A stretch of 57,811 bases of DNA, counting the filler, from Sphacelaria rigidula (lineage: Eukaryota), in NCBI GenBank assembly GCA_964200075.2. It is 3 parts of 3 records of this genome, joined end to end, with 100 filler letters (N's around TTAATTAATTAA, not from the genome) between each part and the next. Parts side by side here need not be neighbours in the genome. Positions count along the whole stretch, not along the records: positions 38,620 to 57,811 come from CAXNAA020000717.1; 2 more parts are not named here. One strand, 5' to 3'. Positions 51,226-57,811 of this stretch are shown here, one piece after another. The translations under genes were made by a program, and so were the position numbers. Under the pieces are notes generated by a model that did no database searches, was not told the DNA's origin, and saw nothing but the letters and a program-made list of their open reading frames with translations. How positions within the stretch are numbered: position 1 is the stretch's first letter; each line of letters starts with the position of its first letter.

Positions 51226-53664
51226 GTGAGCAAGGAGCTGCAGCATCGAAAGTTGAACTGGTTGTAAACTACAGTAACAACTGTGCGACTCCCAGTGTGC
51301 TGTACTGGGCACAGTAACGCCTGTGCTGTAGTTGTACACAGCTTCTTTACCGTCCGTCGTGGCAAGGGCCTCCGTCGTGCATGGGGCGACTTTGTATTTC
51401 TATACTGATGTGTGACACCGCACTGTGTTTTACGTATGACCTGTCTGCAAGGTACAGCGCGACGCTTGGTATCCTCTATGCTGTTTGCTGTTGCTGCTAT
51501 TGCAGCTATGCTCCTTGGCGGACAGTGAAACGATATGGAGTGAGATACGAAAAAATATTTAGCACTGTCGTACTGTCTGTATTGTCCGACACACAAAACA
51601 TTATGCGAAAAATACATTTGTCTGAAAAAAAACGGTCAGATGTCGAATGCGCTCCACCCTCTGTCCTCGTCCAGTCTCGCGTAATTTTTCTTGGTATCTA
51701 ACTACCAGGCTCAATTTGCTCTGCACAGTACTGTGCCATACTGCAAGGCAGGTAGGTAGCAGAAGGTAGGTTATGTAATGCAGTCACCTTGTAGTTTATC
51801 TCGGTGACTTGACCTCTTGCTTGAATACGTAGTAAAATAGTCGGGGTCATGGGGTTGCGGGGATCCATTTTAAATGTCTGTGCCGATTATTCGCAAATAT
51901 ATTCGACCTCGAAGTGACTCAATTTTCCTTGTGTGAGAATGGGTATCGTTGGGCCAACTAGCCGCACCATACCCTGTGGTGCCAGAAAAATATCTCACTA
52001 GTCACAACTCGATCGTTTTGACAACCTACTGTGCTGTTGGGAACGTGCCACACACTGGTGAAAAAGCCTTCACTGGTGAAAAAGCCTTATGTTTTCTCAC
52101 TAATGTACAGGCTGCTCCTTTGAAGGTCCCATGTCTGCTTTCGGAACATTAACGTTCTGTTGATGTTACGTGCTGTGCAAGTACAGTACTCGACGTTTAA
52201 GCATGTGACTCACTTGATCGAGATTTTTTCGCAAACGATTTGTCACCTTCACCCGGAAGTTCCGAAGTCGGTAGGCACAGGAGATTGTGCCTAAGTACAG
52301 TTCTCGATTTTGTCTTATCGGAACTAAACTAAGTGAAACCTCGTTTATCGTAGGGGTGTTATTGACCGCATATGTTCCCAAAGCGCAGTTTTCCGGCTGC
52401 AGCGCAATGAACATCGAGAAAATAGAAAAAGTGAATCCTAGAATTTTGCTTCATGTTGATCTGGATCGGTTCGGTCGAGCAAAAATATTGAAGGGAGGCA
52501 ACCGGGGGGTGTGGACTCATAGGACCCCCGACGGCCGGTGAGCCCATGACTCGTTTAACTTGATCGGGGGAAAAAAAAGCAAGGTTTGTGCCACGCAGGC
52601 ACTTCTCTCGAATCGTGATACTTGGGATCAAGTAGAAACCGAGTCGTGATAACCCTGTAATCTCAAAAAATCGTGCTCAATCGAAAGAAAAGTTTTGAAT
52701 ATTGACTGCTCCAAGGTTTTGGAGTATGACGTGAATGGTGACAGGCGTGGCGACCACTAGTGGCCACGGAAGTCGCCCCCTGTGCGCGTGCCTGTACACG
52801 ATACGAAGACAACGCGCGCAGCAAGAAACAAAATATTTTTAGGCCATCGGCATCTGGTCTTTTTCGCTGTACGGCGCTGCGAAAATACCGACCGTGTTCA
52901 TTTTTATTTATTCGCGCGATCTAGTGTTTCATGTAGTGAACGTATCCGCTCACCTTGTCAGGGTGTATGTGCTGTCCCCACCACTATGGATAGATTCGAA
53001 GCAGATGGATCGATGTGCGACTGTCGATCAATCAATCCGCCAAGTGCCCCGTCTTGTATCGAATACATCCACCTAGGCCTTCAAGATCTAAACGCACTGT
53101 CCTGTCCAGGTACTGGGACTGTACTACTGTGCAGTATAGTATACATGGCGTGCAGTCAAGCAAACGGTGCAGAGTGGTGTCTTTCAGCGATGTGATCCAG
53201 AGCGTCGTCGTACAGCACCATCGATATGTGTTTGCCGCACGAGTGCTTGTTGTCAGCGACATGTCGCACGATATAGTACTGGCCCGCTAGTAAGAAACGT
53301 GTCAATAAGGAAATCAGCCTCAAATTTTAGACAAACTTGAAAAACGGCCCAGCCTCGGCATCTGCCGCAACTTGAGAAAGGACAACCCTTCCCCTGGCTG
53401 CCCACCGTGCCCCTAGATATGTGGGGTACAGTACAGTGTATTCTATCATTTTCCTGTACTACTGTACACTGGCTGTTTCGCTTTTAAGGAAATCATGCTC
53501 ATTTTCCCAGGAAAATGAGAAACCCAGCCTCAGGCCGATTCTTCAGTTTCTTTCTAGCGGGTGGTACTGTACCCGAGGTTCACAGTTGTTTTGACTGCAT
53601 CGGCTCTCGTTTGAGAGAAAACAGATCCCGTACAACGCGCACATGTATTTAATCATGTGCACTA

Positions 53665-55189
53665 CAGGCTGGTTCACGCTGATCACCCCCAAATTGTGTC
53701 ATCAGCAAACGCCTTTCGCAATACCTACCCATAGTCGCCTACACGATATCATACTGACCGCCATACACAGCTGAAGAGCGTGACATAGCCGGATTTGTGT
53801 GTAAGACCATAGTGGTGGTGCTAAGGGCGAAAAGGTATGTGGACCAATCAGCACCCGTTAAATTGTTCCGAGATCGAAATTACGAATTCTAAGCATTTTC
53901 ACCCAATCTCCACATGGTTCAAATCGTAGTAACCGTCATCGACTCGAGAATCTAACGAAAAAAACGTATTTAAAAAAAGTTACTATGGGGGTCGAATTAT
54001 ACCCGAAACCATGATGTTTCGGTGATGTCGGGTGTTGGCGTCGTCTACTGTAATTTCCACCAATGATGCGCACGAAAGTCCCGGAGAGCCTCGTGACGGT
54101 GTCCCCTATATCTGTTGTAGAGAAGCTCAGATCGCCCTTATCCTTGGTAGTTCCGTAGATATTGATGCTCCAGATAGAAAAATTGTTTTTTGTCAACATT
54201 TCATGGTTTCTCCGTTTTTTCACCGGCTTCCGGGGGTCCCTATATAAAGACCCCCGGGGGGCGGTACAAAACGCCCTGAAAGAAAAGTAATAAAACGACA
54301 CCTCCCGGGATAGTGTAAGGAACACATGTACAAAGTTTGGTAAAGAAACTCGAAAACCTCTTACTGTGTTTCTTGCCTTATCGTAAAAGTCACCCCAGAA
54401 AACGTTTCGATATTAAAACCAAGTAGTTAGGAGTTGCACGTTTCAAGCTCACGTTCTCAAAAACGCGCAAACCTTGACGCCGTCATTAGGAGTTAGATCC
54501 TGGAACTTTGCAAAAATATGCGATGTATCATTACGCAACTTTCTATGGACGATGCTTTTTCACTTCTTGGGCTTTCCACCGTTTCTCGGGGATGCGACGG
54601 GATCCAAATCGTTTTTCGAAGTAGTCTCCATCCTGGGACCCCGGAATACCAGTACTACGATGTTTTTCTTCATTTTTTCGTGAATGAGCTGTCGCCGCAT
54701 AACCCAAGGAAGGGCCCCACAAATTTCATCGTAGAACTCGATCAACTGATGGTTGAATTTCCATGTTCACGTCAAAAAAGGCGCAAAAACGCCGTTTCGG
54801 TACTAAAATCAAGTAGTTTGCGCTTTCACCGCGGCACGTCAAAGTTCATCGCTCAAAAGCAAAAAACCTCACACCGTTCTAAGGAGATAGACCCTGAAAT
54901 TTTGCACAACTGTGCTATGGATCATTACGCAAATTTGGATGAACAAGGTTTTTTCAGTATTTTTCTTCTCTGCCGTTTGACGGGGATCCGATTGGATCGA
55001 TGTCTTCCGGAAAAAACTGGGATCCCCGAAAAACGGTGAAAAAACCAAGGAAGCCGGAAAACCTCGACCTTCGAAAGTTACGCAATGCCCCATGAAACAT
55101 CTATGCAAAATTTCAGGGTCTAACTCTTCCGAACGGCGTGGGGTTTTGCCGGTGAGTGTTTTTAGGGTGATCAAGCCTGAACCAGCCGG
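53665..55189. mobile_element. ~1.5-kb non-autonomous TIR element, copy 2 (uninterrupted)
   Basis: TA|CAGGCTGGTTCACGCTGATCACCC ... GGGTGATCAAGCCTGAACCAGCCGG. Collinear with 32641-35887. Confidence 0.88.
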
Positions 55190-56121
55190 AATTATGCGAC
55201 GGAACTATTTTTGATACACAAAAGCCCTCTTTGACGCCAAGTATCATCATTAAATGAGAATTCATTTCGTTTATACATACTTTTTCATTTTACCGAACGA
55301 TGAGAATTTTTTCGAACCTCTCCACGAGACGTCTTGGAGAAGGAAAGTGCTGAAAAGAAAATACTACACGAGATTCTCAGAGAAATTTGTAGAGAGTCTT
55401 GAATCGATCTATTGTCCGAACTGCTCAAGACACCTGCTCTCCAATTTTTCGGAGAAAGCAAAGAAAGTCCAAAAATGTCGGGAGATTTCGGGAGGGAAAT
55501 ATGCCAGGTAATGAAACCCCTGAAAGAGGCTGTAGTGTCGCTTTTGGCCTGGTAACCACCAGTGCGGGTCTTCAAGCTCCGACCCTTCCGTATTTCGTTT
55601 TACCTCGTTCGTCTCGCTGCATAAGTACTGCGGACAGATTCAGATCAGGACGCAGGCAAATGTGATCAAGAGTATATCGTTGAGCGTCCACTCTGATAAT
55701 CGCGGTGGGATGCAGGGAGTTGGGGTGCAAAAACGCGTTCTTCTTTCCAATGTGTACGGTGACGCGTGCGTATCCATCGCACGACTAGCAGTGGCGCCAC
55801 CGATCTGTATTATTTTATTTTATTTTATTTTCTCACACTGTGAACCCTTCCCCTTCCTCGGGATCAGCCCGTGGTCTCAAGGGATCAGCCCATCTCTCCC
55901 CCGGTACGTGCCATAATTTCGTCTCGCAGATTGGGTCAGCACTTCCGCACCGCATCCACTCGCGTCACACAAACCCAGTCGACTAATTTGTTTACTCGGG
56001 TTCTCCCGTTTTTCTTGGGTACGTCTATCATGAGACCCCGGGGGGGTCAGTTAGAGTGCGACAATAAAAAAAATAAAAAATCAACCACGCTTTCCACGGT
56101 GGAAATTATGTAAAACGGAGA

Positions 56122-56205
56122 AGAAACCCATCGCATCGGGAATCGAACCCCCGTTCTCTCCACCCTAATGGCGACAGTGGGACCATTACACCACCGGGGC
56201 GCGGC
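56122..56205 (-). mobile_element. tRNA-like SINE head or tRNA pseudogene
   Basis: GCCCCGGTGGTGTAATGG (A box) and GGGGGTTCGATTCCC (B box/T-arm). The acceptor and anticodon stems are not intact. Confidence 0.55.
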
Positions 56206-57582
56206 GGCACGATTGAACAGATCATTTTGGTCGGTGTACGGTGTCAACTATCGAGGCAGTACGTTGGATTTGTGAAAGATGTATCTTGTGGCGCATATTC
56301 ATTGCACGCCAACCGGCGGTTCAACTCATCTGTGCCGAACAGATCATTCTGACCGGGGCGCAGCGTACCCCGTACAGGCTGAATATGGGTGAACAACAGG
56401 AATTTACTCCCCAGCGAAAGCGCACGCCCTTTTTTCGACTTGGACCCTTGAATTTTGCACGCGGGTGCTCTGAGATATTCTCAAGGGCTGCATAAATGGG
56501 ATCTTTTGATTTTTTTTCCGCGCCAGATACCCGGGATCACAGGAGGCGCTGTCGAGATAATGGTTGCAAAAGGCCTTACTCGACGCAGTGCATTTTTCGT
56601 CTGTTGCAACTATTGAGCGTATATTTTCCAAGGTGTGATACTTTGTATGTATACCTAGAAAAGAACCAGTACGGCAAAAAGCGATAAATGATGCAAGAGT
56701 GGGACGAAATAATTATTCACGATTCACCATGCATTGAATAAAATAAGACCAGGTCCGGTATCTTTGTTAGGCCACCGCATGTTCGTGGCACCTGACAGAA
56801 AAAAACAGTAGGGACAACTTTGGGAACAAGTACTGTACATGGCTGTCATTCCCCGGACAAGAAAACAGCTTTGTCAACAACAACAACAAAAGTGTACTGT
56901 GAAGTGTCTAATCAGCGAAAGCAAATTAGACGACAGATTCGATACTGCACTCAGCACACTGGTTGACAAGGTTGTGTTATTTGTCATTGCCCAGGGCGTG
57001 CACAATCCGTCGCGACGTGTACCTTGATACGTTTAACCTCAACCGCACAGTGTTTCATTCATTCGTGAAATCGACTGCATAAAAGTACGAGAGACCAACA
57101 TCATGTGTGTTCGTGTATCGTTTGTATATTTAGAGATGTATGTATGGCATGGGTATACTATCTTCCAGGTGATCAGTCAGCTTTGTTTTCCGCTGCCCGC
57201 AGAACGGTGGCCCTATCTTGGCGGCCTGTACGGTTATCGCATCTGTTCTATAACCATGATCACTGAATTCGCTACTCGTCGTATTACCTCCTCGTATCAC
57301 CCCATGAAATAATATGTGCTGCTTGAAACACTTATCCCTTCCTCTTCTTTTGTGCCCTTTGGCCAACCGACTCTCGTCCCGACTTGCCGATCGACTCGTG
57401 TCCGCCTTCTTCACTCCCTCAATTGATCGTGAATCTTGCATCGTAAATCTGTGCTGCTGGGTGATGCGCTGGCTTCGCTGCCTCTGGCTCCGGCTCCGGC
57501 TCCGGTGGGCGCGGGGGGGCGCCTGCAATCCTGCTGGGTGTATGACTCGTGATCGAACCCGTCCTGCGACAACTATTATCAG

Positions 57583-57639
57583 GATAAAAACCCGGAGAAC
57601 AGAGAGGAGGCAACGGACGTATTTCGCCTCGTTTGCGAG
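57583..57639 (+). CDS. J-domain protein, exon 2: DKNPENREEATDVFRLVCE
   Basis: atcag|GAT...GAG|gtgcgt, 57 nt, phase 0. Gives WHP-DKNPENREEA across a 6357-bp intron. Confidence 0.92.
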
Positions 57640-57811
57640 GTGCGTGTGCGTTGCGCACAGATCGTACTCATGTCGCCTGTTTGCTCAGTTGCACGCGTCT
57701 GTAAGCTGTGTTTCTAGCGATGATGGTTCCCCCCCCCCCTCCCCCTCCCCCGCCTGGTCCGGCGAAAACCCGGCGTGCTCCGTCCCGGCTTTGTAGGGAT
57801 GCGAGGTCAAT

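Overview
This is eukaryotic genomic DNA, most likely a brown alga or related stramenopile. That assignment is an inference from the 5S rRNA sequence, GC3-rich short exons, 2-10 kb introns and repeat types. The window is not one locus. It is three unplaced contigs of near-identical, descending length (1-19214, 19315-38519, 38620-57811) joined by artificial N44-TTAATTAATTAA-N44 linkers. Nearly all ORFs in the supplied track are spurious. Contig 2 carries four internal exons of an NPRL2 (GATOR1) gene, with one probable GC-AG intron. Contig 3 carries the first two exons of UTP6 (- strand), head-to-head (466 bp between ATGs) with the first two exons of a J-domain protein (+ strand). The introns are packed with transposon debris: non-LTR retrotransposon fragments, tRNA-SINEs, a Ty3/gypsy chromovirus remnant, and Tc1/Stowaway-, hAT- and piggyBac-like MITEs, some nested. 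Contig 1 begins with a Harbinger-like fold-back element. It has no recognisable host gene and looks like a large decayed element with spliced pseudo-ORFs (weak Ulp1-protease-like and BAH-like motifs) and internal repeat arrays. The most interesting candidates are a full-length 5S rRNA fused to a retroposon 3' tail (SINE3-like), a LINE with a C-rich 3' end that inserts into G-runs, a cargo-carrying composite hAT-like element, and the unidentified contig-1 element. I cannot demonstrate an intact novel system from sequence alone.
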